Shown here: one piece after another, positions 47,673 through 58,365 of the stretch
Layout: each line of letters opens with the position of its first letter
Numbering within the stretch: the first letter of the stretch is position 1
DNA from: Candidatus Moraniibacteriota bacterium
Lineage (GTDB): Bacteria > Patescibacteriota > Minisyncoccia > Moranbacterales > UBA2206
Reading direction: 5' to 3'
Length of the DNA stretch: 64,000 bases
Assembly (NCBI GenBank): GCA_030679995.1
Contig: JAUXSK010000018.1
Span: 121,492 to 185,491, forward strand
The notes under the pieces: model-generated
Told to the model about the DNA's origin: nothing
What the model saw: the letters and a program-made list of their open reading frames with translations, nothing else
The model's database searches: none
Made by a program: the position numbers and the translations under genes

Positions 47673-48134
47673 ATGCTTGACGTAAAACCCTATCGGCAAA
47701 AACCCGGATTTTGCGGGCCGGCTTCCCTGAAGATGGTGTTGGATTTTTATGGCGTGGAAAAAAGCGAGGAGGAGCTGGGGAAAATCACCAAGTGCGATCC
47801 GGATAAAGGCATCACCGGCTTGGCTATCGTCAAAGCGGCTGAAAAACTTGGTTTTGCCGGGTTTCTGAAGGATTATGCCAAATTGGAAGATATTAAAAAA
47901 TTTTTAACTAAAAAAATCCCCGTTATCGTAGAGTGGTTTTCAGTGGATGACGGACATTTTTCCGTGGTAGTGGAAATGGATAAAAAATATATTTATCTGC
48001 AGGATCCGGAATTAGCCGGCGTGCGCAAGATCGATTTGGAAACTTTCGAGCGTATCTGGTTCAGTTTCGATACCAAAACCATACGCAAAGAAAGGGATTT
48101 GGTTTTGCGCCGGATGGTCGTGATTGAAAAGTAA
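47673..48134 (+). CDS. Stand-alone C39 family cysteine peptidase
   Basis: QKPGFCGPASLKMVL, GHFSVV, QDP motifs. Confidence 0.8.
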   Translation: MLDVKPYRQKPGFCGPASLKMVLDFYGVEKSEEELGKITKCDPDKGITGLAIVKAAEKLGFAGFLKDYAKLEDIKKFLTKKIPVIVEWFSVDDGHFSVVVEMDKKYIYLQDPELAGVRKIDLETFERIWFSFDTKTIRKERDLVLRRMVVIEK

Positions 48135-48161
48135 AATTAAAAACTGCTGTCCTCGGGATAG
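48096..48161. repeat. Direct repeat, left copy (66 bp)
   Basis: 61/66 identical to 55475-55540. Confidence 0.92.
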
Positions 48162-48311
48162 CGACGATTTTTAAATTGGGAGCTTTGAATTACGGTTATA
48201 ATGCCGATGTTTCCGATATGCAGCACGTCTTTGAATGATATCTCCGAATAATATCCAAAGTGTTTTTTGGCGGCATTTATGCTATTATGGAGCTATAAAC
48301 ATTTGGAAAAT

Positions 48312-50600
48312 ATGCCTAAAAACAAAAAAAAACGGCAACAAGGCGGAATTGATCGGCAAGTGGCAAATGCGCCTCATTTTTTTAACTTTTTTTCCAAGAC
48401 GCGGATTGAAAAAGCCATCAAATTGCTGCTATTTATTTTTCCTTTCGTTCCCTTGGCTAGTTATAGCGGTTTTTTCTTTCCATATATTTCAATCAAGCTT
48501 TTCATAATCTATATCTTGTGCGAAGCGGTTTTTGGCTTATATCTGATCCTGTGTTTTTTAGACAGGAGCTACTGGCCGAATCTCTATCGCAAAAACGGAC
48601 AGGGCGGGAAAAGCGTAAATTGGATCTGGATCAGCTTGGCGGCGTATATGGCGGTTTTGATCTTGACCACTTTTTTTTCCGTGGACATCGCCAAAAGTTT
48701 TTTCGGCAGTATCGGGTTTATGAACGGACTGCTGACATTGCTGCATTTTTTCTTGCTGTTTATGGTGTTTTCGCAGGCGTTTCTCGACCGGAAATTCTGG
48801 ATTCTTTTTTTCCGTCTCAATATGTCAGTCGGAATTTTCATTTCCGCCTATGCGTTGGTCCAAAAGATAGGCGGCGCCGCGGCGCCGATGGCGACTTTCG
48901 GAAATCAGGCCTATCTTTCCGGCTACTTGGTTTTTATCATCTTCCAGGCTTTGACTTTGTTTTGGTGGGATAATAAAAACAATTGGAAGATTTTACATTC
49001 GGTGGCTGGAGCCGCCAGTCTGCTGGCGATCTTCCTGGCGACCGATATCCGCGGTTCCAAATTAGGTGTCGCGGCCGGATTGCTTGCGATAATCCTGCTG
49101 TACGGTTTGGCAAATGAAAAGGAAAAGATTAGAAAATCTTTCCGTTGGTTAATCGTATTGGGGTTGGCAGTCGGGGTGTCGGTTTGTGTCTACGCTATCA
49201 AATCAGGCAAAATTTATTCCGCTTTTGAACGGTCTTATACTGTCAAAACCCGTTTGGTGGCTTGGGAGGCAGGACTGCGCGGTTTCGGCGATAAATTCTT
49301 GACCGGCTATGGCTTGGAAAATTATACGGTGCCGTTTGAAAAATATTTCCAGCCGACTTATTACAACCAGGGCCGGGGCAGTTCCACTGAATTTGGCGCG
49401 GATTCCCCGCATAATAAAATCATTGAGGTGGCGGTTTCGAATGGGGTTTTCGGGCTGTTTGCTTATCTGGGAATATTCGTAGCTGTTTACCAGCTGATTT
49501 ATGCGCGGTATCGAGCTTCGCATCAGAAAATTTTTCTGGGATTGGCCGGACTTTTCGGCGCCTACCTGGCGCATCTGCTTTTCATATTTGATACGGTAGT
49601 CACTTTACTGCTGTTTTTCCCGTCCGTGGCCTTTTTGATTTTCATATCGTATGCGGATGGGACCGGGCCGGCGGAAAAAGAAGAGAAGGTTGGGATTGCT
49701 TTCGGCAAAATGGTTTCTATCGCGGGAGTTGTCGCGATTATTTTCTGTACCTCGGTTTTCTATTTCGTCTGGAAGCCGGCCAAGGCGGTTTGGTATGCCA
49801 ATCAGGCTATAAATTCAGCTAAAGCTGGAAAGTATGCTGAAACATCGGATAATTTGGACAGTTTGCACCGGGAAAATGTCTATTCGGTGGAGGAAAGCGC
49901 GATTTTGGAAATCGGTAAGATTACCCAGATAAATTTCTTTGATAAAATCGATTTCACGCAGGATGATAAAAAATATTTTGAAAAAATAATCGGCTTGGCG
50001 GAGTATAATTTACAACGCAATCCTGACAACCTGCATTATTTCATCGAGCTGGCCTCGCTGTATGACCGGGCCGGCCGGTATGATCAAAATTATTATGCGA
50101 AAAATATCGAGCTTCTAGAAAGGGATCTGCAACGCGGCACTAAACGGATGGAAGCTTATATGATGCTGGCTGACGCTTATGGCGCAACTGGCAACCGGAC
50201 TAGGGCGGAAGAATTGGGCCTGGCCGGCGTGGCGCTGGATCCGACCTATGGCTACGGCTATTTTTTGCTGGGCAATATTTATTTCTACAAACTGGGGGAT
50301 GCAGCCAGGGCCAACGAAAATTTCGAAAAAGCTTTCGAATACGGATATAAAAACGTGAATTCGTTGAAATCCTACGCGGACGTGAATGTGAAAACCGATA
50401 ATTTGCCCAAAGCCATTGCCGCTTTCGAAGACTTGATCAAGCTCAATCCGAAGGACCCGCAGCAATATGCCAATCTCGTTATGTTATATTACAATAATAA
50501 GGACTACCAAAAAGCACGGGATATGGCGGAAAAAACCAAAAAGAAATTTCCCGGCACCCAGGCCCGGATCGACGCTTTCCTAAAAATAATTCCAAAATAA
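48312..50600 (+). CDS. O-antigen-ligase/oligosaccharyltransferase-like (Wzy_C) membrane protein with C-terminal TPR repeats
   Basis: ATFGNQAYL, RGSKLG, RLVAW...GYGLENY, DSPHN motifs; C-terminal TPR-like helices; start at ATG 48312 probable. Confidence 0.8.
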   Translation: MPKNKKKRQQGGIDRQVANAPHFFNFFSKTRIEKAIKLLLFIFPFVPLASYSGFFFPYISIKLFIIYILCEAVFGLYLILCFLDRSYWPNLYRKNGQGGKSVNWIWISLAAYMAVLILTTFFSVDIAKSFFGSIGFMNGLLTLLHFFLLFMVFSQAFLDRKFWILFFRLNMSVGIFISAYALVQKIGGAAAPMATFGNQAYLSGYLVFIIFQALTLFWWDNKNNWKILHSVAGAASLLAIFLATDIRGSKLGVAAGLLAIILLYGLANEKEKIRKSFRWLIVLGLAVGVSVCVYAIKSGKIYSAFERSYTVKTRLVAWEAGLRGFGDKFLTGYGLENYTVPFEKYFQPTYYNQGRGSSTEFGADSPHNKIIEVAVSNGVFGLFAYLGIFVAVYQLIYARYRASHQKIFLGLAGLFGAYLAHLLFIFDTVVTLLLFFPSVAFLIFISYADGTGPAEKEEKVGIAFGKMVSIAGVVAIIFCTSVFYFVWKPAKAVWYANQAINSAKAGKYAETSDNLDSLHRENVYSVEESAILEIGKITQINFFDKIDFTQDDKKYFEKIIGLAEYNLQRNPDNLHYFIELASLYDRAGRYDQNYYAKNIELLERDLQRGTKRMEAYMMLADAYGATGNRTRAEELGLAGVALDPTYGYGYFLLGNIYFYKLGDAARANENFEKAFEYGYKNVNSLKSYADVNVKTDNLPKAIAAFEDLIKLNPKDPQQYANLVMLYYNNKDYQKARDMAEKTKKKFPGTQARIDAFLKIIPK

Positions 50601-51988
50601 TGTTTTATAGCGATCGATTATTGATGCGAAAAATAATCCTGTTGGCAGGTGACGTTGCGCTGTTTTTCTTTGCGCTTTTTTTGGCGCTTTCCATCCGGCA
50701 GGTGCGGGTGGTTTCTGCGGACTATTATCAGATAAATCTGCAGGTTTTTTGGCCGATTTTCGCGATGTCCGTTGTAATATATTTCCTATTTGACTTGTAT
50801 AACATCAAAATGCTGCAAAAAATATACCGTTCGGTCTACTTTCTTTTTTTGGCGGTGGCAACCAACATCCTGCTGGCCGTTTCGTTCTGGTATGTTTTTT
50901 ATTCGGAAACCGAGGTGACGCCAAAGACCGGATTGCTCCTCTATGGAGCGCTGGTGTTCTTATTGACGGTCGTCTGGCGCTTCCTCTATCATGACCTATT
51001 TTTCAATAACAGCAGATATCAAAAAAGAATCGTGATAGTCGGCGGGGAAGAGCAAAATGAAGAATTGCTGAAAATTGCCAATCCGCCGCAAGGAGCGGAC
51101 TATAAAATCGTCGGCTATATTTCCCAAACGGCTGGCCAGGATTCGATGGTTTTCCAAAGCATACCATATTTGGGAAATTTCCATGATATCCAGAAAATCA
51201 TCCGCGAACAGAAAGTCGAGGAATTGATCGTAGCTTTCGATTACCGCCGTAACCGTGAATGCGTGAAAGAGTTGTCCGACTCTTTGAATTTCGGGATCAA
51301 AATTTTCGAATGGCCGGTTTTCTTCGAACAGGTCTTCCAGAAAGTCCCTACTAATCAGATAGATCATTTTTGGTTCATCTATGGCTTGGGTGATGCGGAT
51401 AGAAAGCTGTACGAAAGGATAAAAAGACTGCTGGATATGCTGGTCGCGGTGGTCGGCCTGATTTTTTCAGCGTGCGTCTTGCCTTTGGTCGCGATCGCGG
51501 TAAAATCAACATCACGTGGTCCGATTTTCTATCGGCAAAAAAGGATGGGATTCAATGGCAAGTTGTTCACTTTGATAAAATTCCGCACGATGGAGAATCA
51601 AGCTGAAAAAAATGGAGTCCAATGGGCCTCCAAGAATGATGCCAGGGTGACAATGGTCGGCCGATTTTTACGCCGGACGCGTCTGGATGAAATTCCGCAA
51701 TTCATAAATATCTTGAAAGGTGAAATGAGTCTGGTCGGACCGCGGCCTGAGCGGCCGGAATTTTTGGAAACCCTCTCTGAAAAAATCCCGTTCTATTACA
51801 AAAGGAATATGGTTCTGCCGGGGCTGACCGGTTTCGCCCAAATAATGTATCCCTATGCGGCGACCGTCGAAGATTCACTGGAAAAAGTCGGCTATGACCT
51901 CTATTACATCAAAAACCGATCACTCTTCCTTTATTTGAAAATAGTCTTATTGACAGTGAGGACGGCACTGTCCTTTAGCGGCCGGTAA
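50600..51988 (+). CDS. Polyprenyl-phosphate sugar phosphotransferase (WcaJ/WbaP-like priming glycosyltransferase)
   Basis: [37 protein letters not shown] motifs. Confidence 0.93.
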   Translation: MFYSDRLLMRKIILLAGDVALFFFALFLALSIRQVRVVSADYYQINLQVFWPIFAMSVVIYFLFDLYNIKMLQKIYRSVYFLFLAVATNILLAVSFWYVFYSETEVTPKTGLLLYGALVFLLTVVWRFLYHDLFFNNSRYQKRIVIVGGEEQNEELLKIANPPQGADYKIVGYISQTAGQDSMVFQSIPYLGNFHDIQKIIREQKVEELIVAFDYRRNRECVKELSDSLNFGIKIFEWPVFFEQVFQKVPTNQIDHFWFIYGLGDADRKLYERIKRLLDMLVAVVGLIFSACVLPLVAIAVKSTSRGPIFYRQKRMGFNGKLFTLIKFRTMENQAEKNGVQWASKNDARVTMVGRFLRRTRLDEIPQFINILKGEMSLVGPRPERPEFLETLSEKIPFYYKRNMVLPGLTGFAQIMYPYAATVEDSLEKVGYDLYYIKNRSLFLYLKIVLLTVRTALSFSGR

Positions 51989-51990
51989 TC

Positions 51991-53256
51991 CTATCTGAAA
52001 AATAACTCATTTAAGGAAATATTTTGTTTTTGGTTCAATATCACGGAATATCTTAAATTAAAAAAGACAAAAAGCGATAAGGACAGAACAATTATGGTAA
52101 AAATAAATTTCCTCAAGACAGGGGATTTTATTTTTTCCTGGATGAACTTCACGCCATAAAAAGTGAAAAAAGCGGCGATGAGATATGTCAGCGGCCAGAG
52201 CAGGATAAGCGAACGAAAAGCATAATAATTGACTGAAGAAAAAATTGTAAAAATGAAAGAGGCTGAGAAAATGGCGAGTATTTTGTATTGCTTGTAGTAT
52301 GCCAGTATGAGCAGAAGCATTGAAAAAATGGCGGCTGCTGACCAATGGGGAAACATAAATTTGAAATAATCCCTTTCAAGAAAAATCATTCCCGGGAAAA
52401 TGCCTGGGCTGGCTACGTTTTCCATTTTGTCTTGGGAGATATGGCTTCCATTTTTGATTATCTGGGCAGTCGATTCCTTGGAAAGACCAGACGGTCCATA
52501 TGGATTATTTTTATAAAACATCGATGGGGCGATGTAGGACAAAAATAACAAAAACAAGACGAACGCGGTTTTTTTGATGATCGTCCATTCTATCCTTTTG
52601 GATAATATGCTGTAGAAAAAACAAAAAGCAATTAAAATAAAAGAGAAATATACCCCGATGGTATGCGAATAAACCATCGCAGGTATGACCAGCAGTGAAA
52701 AAATTTTCCAATGCTTGTTATCGTCAAGTATCAATGCGAATAGGAGCAAGAAAAGCAGCAGCGCGAAAAAGCTCGGAACGACCCAAAAAAAACCATGATA
52801 AGTGCCGGCGCCGTTGAATAGCGCTAGAAAAAATATTGCTAGCGCCGTTAGATTTTTGTTGTCGCTGAATTGCTTTACGAAATAAACCAAGACTGGCAGC
52901 AGCAGGATCGTTCCGATGTAAAAATTCAGCTTGAATGCTTGATAAGATGTTATATCGAGAATTTTTGCCAGCGAACCCAGCGGCAGCCTGTATGTTAGAT
53001 GTTCCCAGAAAACATACCTATTCGGCGTAAAGTTGTCTGTGCTGCAAAAAATGAAGCTAGGGCAATTTTTTACGGATTCAATGTGCCGTACGTATGATGC
53101 GATGTCATCTGCCGATCCGGGGGCATTCAAGCCGTTGCTTAAAAAAATACCTATTAAAAAAAATTTCCAGGCGATGAAAAAAAATATCGCAGCGATGAGC
53201 CATTTGTTTTCATTGATAAATAATCGCAGTTGTCCATTTTTGAAATAATTATTCAT
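51991..53256 (-). CDS. Polytopic membrane protein (possible GT-C or polymerase)
   Basis: 421 aa, about 10 TM, acidic DD pair in first loop; glycan-locus context. Confidence 0.6.
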   Translation of the reverse strand: MNNYFKNGQLRLFINENKWLIAAIFFFIAWKFFLIGIFLSNGLNAPGSADDIASYVRHIESVKNCPSFIFCSTDNFTPNRYVFWEHLTYRLPLGSLAKILDITSYQAFKLNFYIGTILLLPVLVYFVKQFSDNKNLTALAIFFLALFNGAGTYHGFFWVVPSFFALLLFLLLFALILDDNKHWKIFSLLVIPAMVYSHTIGVYFSFILIAFCFFYSILSKRIEWTIIKKTAFVLFLLFLSYIAPSMFYKNNPYGPSGLSKESTAQIIKNGSHISQDKMENVASPGIFPGMIFLERDYFKFMFPHWSAAAIFSMLLLILAYYKQYKILAIFSASFIFTIFSSVNYYAFRSLILLWPLTYLIAAFFTFYGVKFIQEKIKSPVLRKFIFTIIVLSLSLFVFFNLRYSVILNQKQNISLNELFFR

Positions 53257-53260
53257 AGTT

Positions 53261-54181
53261 TTATTTATTATAAAGCTTGATGTATTTGCCGGTTATTTTA
53301 GTCCAAGAAAAATTTTTAGCAATCCGGATGGCTTCCGCCCCGCCCCGTTTCCTTTCTTCCTTCGAGGTGATGAATTTTTTCAGGATTGCCTGATAATCCT
53401 CATCAGTGCGGGCGATATGTCCCTCCATCTGTCCAGTTAGGATTTCTTCAATCGATCCGACGACGTTGCTTATTACCGGCAAGCCGAAAGCCATCGCCTC
53501 AAGCACGGCCAGTGGTTGGTTATCAAGCATCGAATAATAAGCGAATATGTCGATCCGGTTAAAGAGATCTTCTTTTTCGCAATAGCCTAAAAACTCAGTG
53601 TTGGCATGGATTTCCAGGATAGTTTTTTTGTATGCTTCGAAAAAAACCCCGCCGCCTCCGATAACGAGCGTCGCTTCGGGAGAAACGGCCTCGATTATTC
53701 TGGCGAGCTTTACGGTTCCGTCAGCTTTTTTCCGGAAATTGAAATTGGTCAGAATCCCTAATTTAGGATTTTTTGAATCGAGGTCATAGGTCGTTTTGGT
53801 CGTTTCGGGGATATTTACGCCGTTGGGAATGACGAGAATTTTTTTAATTCCCAAGGTTTTTTTGAGGAAATTTGAAGGTGTGGTGGTGAAATCGGCTTGT
53901 TGGATGATTAATGGATAAAAAAATCGGCCCAAGTGCTTTTCGGCTTTGAAATTGCCATGGATAGTCAAAATATATTTTTTGCAAAATAAATTCGGTACCG
54001 GTACGCAGGAATGGACGATGTCGTAGCGTTGGAACATTTGTTTGAGGTAGGCTTTTCTGCCCCAAATCACCGTGACAGCATAACCACGCTTTTCCAAATG
54101 TTTGGCTAAATTTTGCGCCCAGACATACGGCCCGCCTTGGGAAAAAGTGATAATGAGTACGGTTTTTTTCTTTGATGACAT
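53261..54181 (-). CDS. GT4 family glycosyltransferase
   Basis: VIPNGV, DNQPLAVLEAMAFGLPVIS motifs. Confidence 0.85.
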   Translation of the reverse strand: MSSKKKTVLIITFSQGGPYVWAQNLAKHLEKRGYAVTVIWGRKAYLKQMFQRYDIVHSCVPVPNLFCKKYILTIHGNFKAEKHLGRFFYPLIIQQADFTTTPSNFLKKTLGIKKILVIPNGVNIPETTKTTYDLDSKNPKLGILTNFNFRKKADGTVKLARIIEAVSPEATLVIGGGGVFFEAYKKTILEIHANTEFLGYCEKEDLFNRIDIFAYYSMLDNQPLAVLEAMAFGLPVISNVVGSIEEILTGQMEGHIARTDEDYQAILKKFITSKEERKRGGAEAIRIAKNFSWTKITGKYIKLYNK

Positions 54182-54291
54182 AAAAAGCTCGGTTACTTCA
54201 TAAGTATTTACCATTATACACTTTTTCGCTTTTTTCCGCCTCTGTTTCGTGATATATTTAGGATAGCTTATGGAAAATCGGCTTAAATTCT

Positions 54292-55398
54292 ATGAAAAAG
54301 GCAAAAATCCTCTATATTATCACCCAATCCGACTGGGGAGGGGCCCAGAAGTACGTTTTTGACTTAGCGAACGGTCTCAAGGGCGAATTTGAGGTCTCAG
54401 TGGCTTTTGGCGGCAAGGGCAGGCTGAGTGATCGATTGCAGGCGATAGGCATCAGAACCCATCGGTTGGAGAATTTGGTGCGGGAAATCCATCCTTGGAA
54501 AGACTTTTTGGTTTTTTGGGAAATCTACCGTCTGATTAAAAAAGAAAAACCGGATATCGTGCACACCAATTCCTCCAAGGCGGAAATTCTGGGTAATATC
54601 GCGGCAAGGCTCGCCGGAGTCGAAAGAGTCGTTTTTACGGCACACGGTTTCGTTTTTAATGAGAATCTTGGTTTTTGGAAAAAAACCTTTTTTATTTTTT
54701 GGGAAAGATTGGCTGGACTTTTCGCTACACGGATAATTTGCGTGTCGGATTTTGATCGTAAGTCAGCGCTGAAAAATAAAATATCTCCAGCTAGAAAATT
54801 GTGCGTCATCCACAATGGTATTGAAATCCCGGCAGGAAATTTAGCGCGTGTTGAAAGGGCGGGTAGAAAAATCATCATCGGCACGATTGCCAACTTCTAT
54901 CGCAACAAAGGACTGGAGTTTCTGGTCCAAGCGGCGGCGGAATTGAATAAAAAATTTCCCAATTTGGAATTCCGGGTGGCCGGCGATGGAGGAGAAAGGC
55001 GCAATATCGAAGATGCCATAAAGAAACAGCGGTTGCAAAATTTCAAACTGCTGGGTTTTCAAGAAGAACAATATGATTTTTTGCGGCAGCTGGATATTTT
55101 TGTTTTGCCGTCACTCAAAGAAGGTTTGCCGTACGCGCTTCTAGAGGCGTTGTCGCTGGGTGTGCCGGCGGTAGCTAGCAAGGTTGGCGGTATTCCGGAG
55201 ATAATTTCCGATGGGGAAAATGGTTTTTTGGTGGAACCGAAAAATTCCAAGATGCTGGCGGAAAAAATCAACCTTCTGCTTGGGAATGAAAGGCTGAAGG
55301 CGGAATTTTCCCGGTCAGGACGGGAAATAATCCAGGCGGAATTTTCCCTGGGATGGATGCTGGCGCGGACACAGGAAGCGTATATCGGGATAGTCTGA
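54292..55398 (+). CDS. GT4 family glycosyltransferase
   Basis: GGAQ, HTNSSKA, IHNGI, EGLPYALLEA...VGGIPE motifs. Confidence 0.92.
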   Translation: MKKAKILYIITQSDWGGAQKYVFDLANGLKGEFEVSVAFGGKGRLSDRLQAIGIRTHRLENLVREIHPWKDFLVFWEIYRLIKKEKPDIVHTNSSKAEILGNIAARLAGVERVVFTAHGFVFNENLGFWKKTFFIFWERLAGLFATRIICVSDFDRKSALKNKISPARKLCVIHNGIEIPAGNLARVERAGRKIIIGTIANFYRNKGLEFLVQAAAELNKKFPNLEFRVAGDGGERRNIEDAIKKQRLQNFKLLGFQEEQYDFLRQLDIFVLPSLKEGLPYALLEALSLGVPAVASKVGGIPEIISDGENGFLVEPKNSKMLAEKINLLLGNERLKAEFSRSGREIIQAEFSLGWMLARTQEAYIGIV

Positions 55399-55474
55399 AG
55401 GAGCCTTTTTATTTTTTACAAAAATACGTTAGACGTGAAACCTTTTTGACAGTGAATTTATGCGGATCAAGGAT

Positions 55475-55540
55475 GATTTGGTTTCGCGCCGGATGGTCGT
55501 GATCGAAAAGGAAAATTAAAAACCGCTGTCCTTGGGATAG
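55475..55540. repeat. Direct repeat, right copy (66 bp), within a 3' remnant of a second C39 peptidase allele
   Basis: The + frame from 55445 reads FDSEFMRIKDDLVSRRMVVIEKEN* versus FDTKTIRKERDLVLRRMVVIEK* at the end of 47673-48134. Confidence 0.9.
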
Positions 55541-56109
55541 TGTCCGAAGCCGTCGTTCCTGCGGGCGGCTTTTTCGGTCGCGAGCGAGAAGTCGTGGGCA
55601 TTGTCATAGCTCGTGCCTTTTTCCATCAGTTTGGCTTCGTGCAGTTCGTGGAGCAATGTGTATTTGATTTCCCTGCCGTCCTGGGCGTCATCGATCCAAA
55701 TTTCGTTTTTTGGGACATAATCATATATCAGATTATGTCCGCCCAGGAAAAAATCCGGATCCAGCTTTGCGCGCACTTCCCGGCCGGATACCAAGAATAT
55801 TTTGAAGCCCGAAGATTTTCCAAGCGGTTTTATTTTGAACGGTTCTGTTTTTATGCCGGCCGTCTTCTTAGCTGCGTCGGTGATTCTTCGGCGGACAAAA
55901 GCGCCATATTTTTCGGCGCCAAGTTCGGTTTTCAATTTCCGGTCGGCCAGGAAGCTTTGCACGATCCGGTCTTTTTCGGCCAAATAACTTTTTTCCAGCC
56001 AGAGTTCGCCCTTGGGAACGTAGGTCTGGCTCTGGCTGTCTTCGATAGCGCAGAAATTTGGGTCAAGGGTGTTTCTGATTTCGAAGCCGTCGACGATTTT
56101 GATTTTCAT
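55516..56109 (-). CDS. Hypothetical protein, internally duplicated, with HExxE/zincin-like motif
   Basis: Two homologous halves; LLHELHE...YDNAH in the second half. Confidence 0.7.
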   Translation of the reverse strand: MKIKIVDGFEIRNTLDPNFCAIEDSQSQTYVPKGELWLEKSYLAEKDRIVQSFLADRKLKTELGAEKYGAFVRRRITDAAKKTAGIKTEPFKIKPLGKSSGFKIFLVSGREVRAKLDPDFFLGGHNLIYDYVPKNEIWIDDAQDGREIKYTLLHELHEAKLMEKGTSYDNAHDFSLATEKAARRNDGFGHYPKDSGF

Positions 56110-56309
56110 AAGTTTCGCGTTAATGTGATAAGTCTGGGGTTATTCTAACACGGCAGGCGGAAAACCGGCAAAGTTCCGCGGAGAATGCGGGTCTGGCAAT
56201 TTTTGGAAATTATGGGATAATTGTTTGTACTATATGCGATCAGCAGATCGGAATATTTGTCTGATTGAAATCGGTGATGATGTTTTTTTAAAATCAATGA
56301 GGAGGAAGT

Positions 56310-56681
56310 ATGATGTCTACGAGAATCGTTTACTGGAAGCCTGCGGCGAAAAAAAGAGCCACCTGCCGCATAAATCCAATCGCGAAATGGGGTGAGGCAT
56401 ATTGTTCTTTATGTCAGACGAAGTTGACGCAAGAAGAGGAGCGTGCAGGAATAGAATTTCATTTCAATTGCGTCCTGCTGAGATGTAAAACGCTTTTGAA
56501 GAGGCATGATATTTCCGTCCCATCGCAAGGAACGGAGAAATTTCTTAAGCACCTGTTTTTTTCTAATGAAATTACGGAAGGAAAAGCGGTGATAGCGGAG
56601 GGGACTTTTTTCTTTCTGAGCGCGACAGATCCGTTTTTTTCATTCAACCGGCTTCGTCGTGAAGCGGAGGCGTTCGGATAG
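56310..56681 (+). CDS. Hypothetical protein with putative Zn-binding CxxC...HxxC
   Basis: SD GAGGAGG; YCSLC and FHFNC motifs. Confidence 0.55.
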   Translation: MMSTRIVYWKPAAKKRATCRINPIAKWGEAYCSLCQTKLTQEEERAGIEFHFNCVLLRCKTLLKRHDISVPSQGTEKFLKHLFFSNEITEGKAVIAEGTFFFLSATDPFFSFNRLRREAEAFG

Positions 56682-56843
56682 TATTGCTATCCGTATTGAG
56701 TTTGTCCATTCAACTGTAATGGACAAGCTCTTTTTTATGATTTTGAAGCTGGCAGGAAAGCCATTATTGCCAGAAACGCTTCCCAAAAACAAAAATATGT
56801 TGTACCATAGAAACTCGATATTATTTTTTTATCCTATCCGGCT

Positions 56844-58295
56844 ATGGCGAATGATAACGTGGCGGTCAGATTCAATAAGGTGTCCTTCGAATACGGACGC
56901 GACAAGCCTATTTTAGACGAGGCGTCTTTCGCGTTGCGCCGCGGTTCGAAAATCACCCTGATGGGCCAGAACGGAGCCGGCAAGAGCACGATCCTTAATA
57001 TGATCACTGGGGAATTGAAAGTGCACGACGGTTCTATCTATGTCGATCCGGGTTTGAGGATCGCCTATGCCAAACAAGTCATTCCGCGCGAACAAATGCC
57101 GCTGACTATGCGGGAATTTTTCGCGGCTTGTTTTTCTGGAAAAGATTATGAGCTTGACCGGCAAATTGAAGATGTTTTGGAAGTGGTCAACTTGAAGGCG
57201 CCGTCCGACCGGCTGATCAAAGACTTTTCCGGCGGGCAACAGGCACGTTTGCTCTTGGCTTCCGCTTTGATCCAGAATCCGGACATTTTGATTTTGGACG
57301 AGCCGACCAATAACCTGGACCGGGCCGGCATCGAACATTTGACCCAATTTTTGATAATGTATGATAAGACTTGCATCGTCATTTCGCACGATGCGGACTT
57401 TTTGAATATGTTCACCGACGGCGTGCTGTATCTGGATGTTTTCACGAAAAAAATCGACCAATATATCGGCGACTACTATGTGGTGGTGGCGGAAATCGCG
57501 GCTCGCATTGAAAAGGAAGAGCGCAAGAACGCGCAATATGAAAAAGAAATCATCGCTAACAAAGAAAAAGCTAATTTTTTCGCCAACAAGGGAGGCGGTA
57601 TGCGTTTGGTAGCTAAGAAGATGCGCGAAAAAGCGGCGGCTATGGAGGAGGCCAAAGTGGACGTGCGGCGGGAGGACAAGGCGATCCGGGAATTTGAGAT
57701 TCCGGTCCAAGAGGGATTGGGCGGGGAAATATTGAACATCTCGTCTTTTACGATTATGCAGGATCATAAACTGGTTGAAAAAAAAGCTAACATTTCCTTG
57801 AAGAAAAGGAGCCATCTTTTGATTTCAGGACCAAACGGTATCGGCAAAAGTACTTTGATCGAGGCGATGGCGTTAGACAAAGCAGCGGGCGCCAAAATCA
57901 CTGAGGATATGCGCGTGGGTTATTATCGCCAAGATTTCTCGACTTTGAATTTCGACCACACCGTGCGTGAATCGTTGTTTTCCGTGATGCGTTCTGAGGA
58001 TGAGGAGCGGATGCGCAGCGTGGCTTCCGGTTTTTTGTTGACCAAGGAGGTCATCAATGCCAGGATCGGAACCTTGTCCGAAGGCCAGAAAGGCCTAGTA
58101 GCTTTCGCGCAACTGGTGCTTCTGGAGCCGGGGCTTTTGATTTTGGACGAGCCGACCAATCATATCAACTTCCGCCATTTGCCGGTCATCGCCAATGCTT
58201 TGGATAGATTCGAAGGCGCGATGATTTTGGTTTCCCATGTGCCGGAATTCGTGGAACAGATCCGGATCGACGAAGTGCTGGATTTGGAAAAATAG
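56844..58295 (+). CDS. ABC-F family ribosome-associated ATPase
   Basis: Two NBDs (GQNGAGKS, FSGGQ, LDEPTNNLD; GPNGIGKS, LSEGQ, LDEPTNH); no TM domain. Confidence 0.92.
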   Translation: MANDNVAVRFNKVSFEYGRDKPILDEASFALRRGSKITLMGQNGAGKSTILNMITGELKVHDGSIYVDPGLRIAYAKQVIPREQMPLTMREFFAACFSGKDYELDRQIEDVLEVVNLKAPSDRLIKDFSGGQQARLLLASALIQNPDILILDEPTNNLDRAGIEHLTQFLIMYDKTCIVISHDADFLNMFTDGVLYLDVFTKKIDQYIGDYYVVVAEIAARIEKEERKNAQYEKEIIANKEKANFFANKGGGMRLVAKKMREKAAAMEEAKVDVRREDKAIREFEIPVQEGLGGEILNISSFTIMQDHKLVEKKANISLKKRSHLLISGPNGIGKSTLIEAMALDKAAGAKITEDMRVGYYRQDFSTLNFDHTVRESLFSVMRSEDEERMRSVASGFLLTKEVINARIGTLSEGQKGLVAFAQLVLLEPGLLILDEPTNHINFRHLPVIANALDRFEGAMILVSHVPEFVEQIRIDEVLDLEK

Positions 58296-58365
58296 TTTTT
58301 GATTTTTTTAGGTTATGGCGCAGGGCGCAAGCCAGGTACTTTTTATCTTAATAACGGGGGGCGGG

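Noticed and set aside
44597-48134. Two C39-like peptidases around an ABC-2 transporter as a bacteriocin/RiPP cluster
   Set aside because: Genes are in different orientations and transcription units; no double-glycine precursor or modification enzyme seen.
56155-56205. GGCAAA...GGTCT segment resembling c-di-GMP-I (GEMM)
   Set aside because: No GNRA-capped first hairpin or GACGCAAA junction; two-stem fold not supported.
56913-57815. 300-aa antisense ORF
   Set aside because: Shadow of the ABC-F gene.
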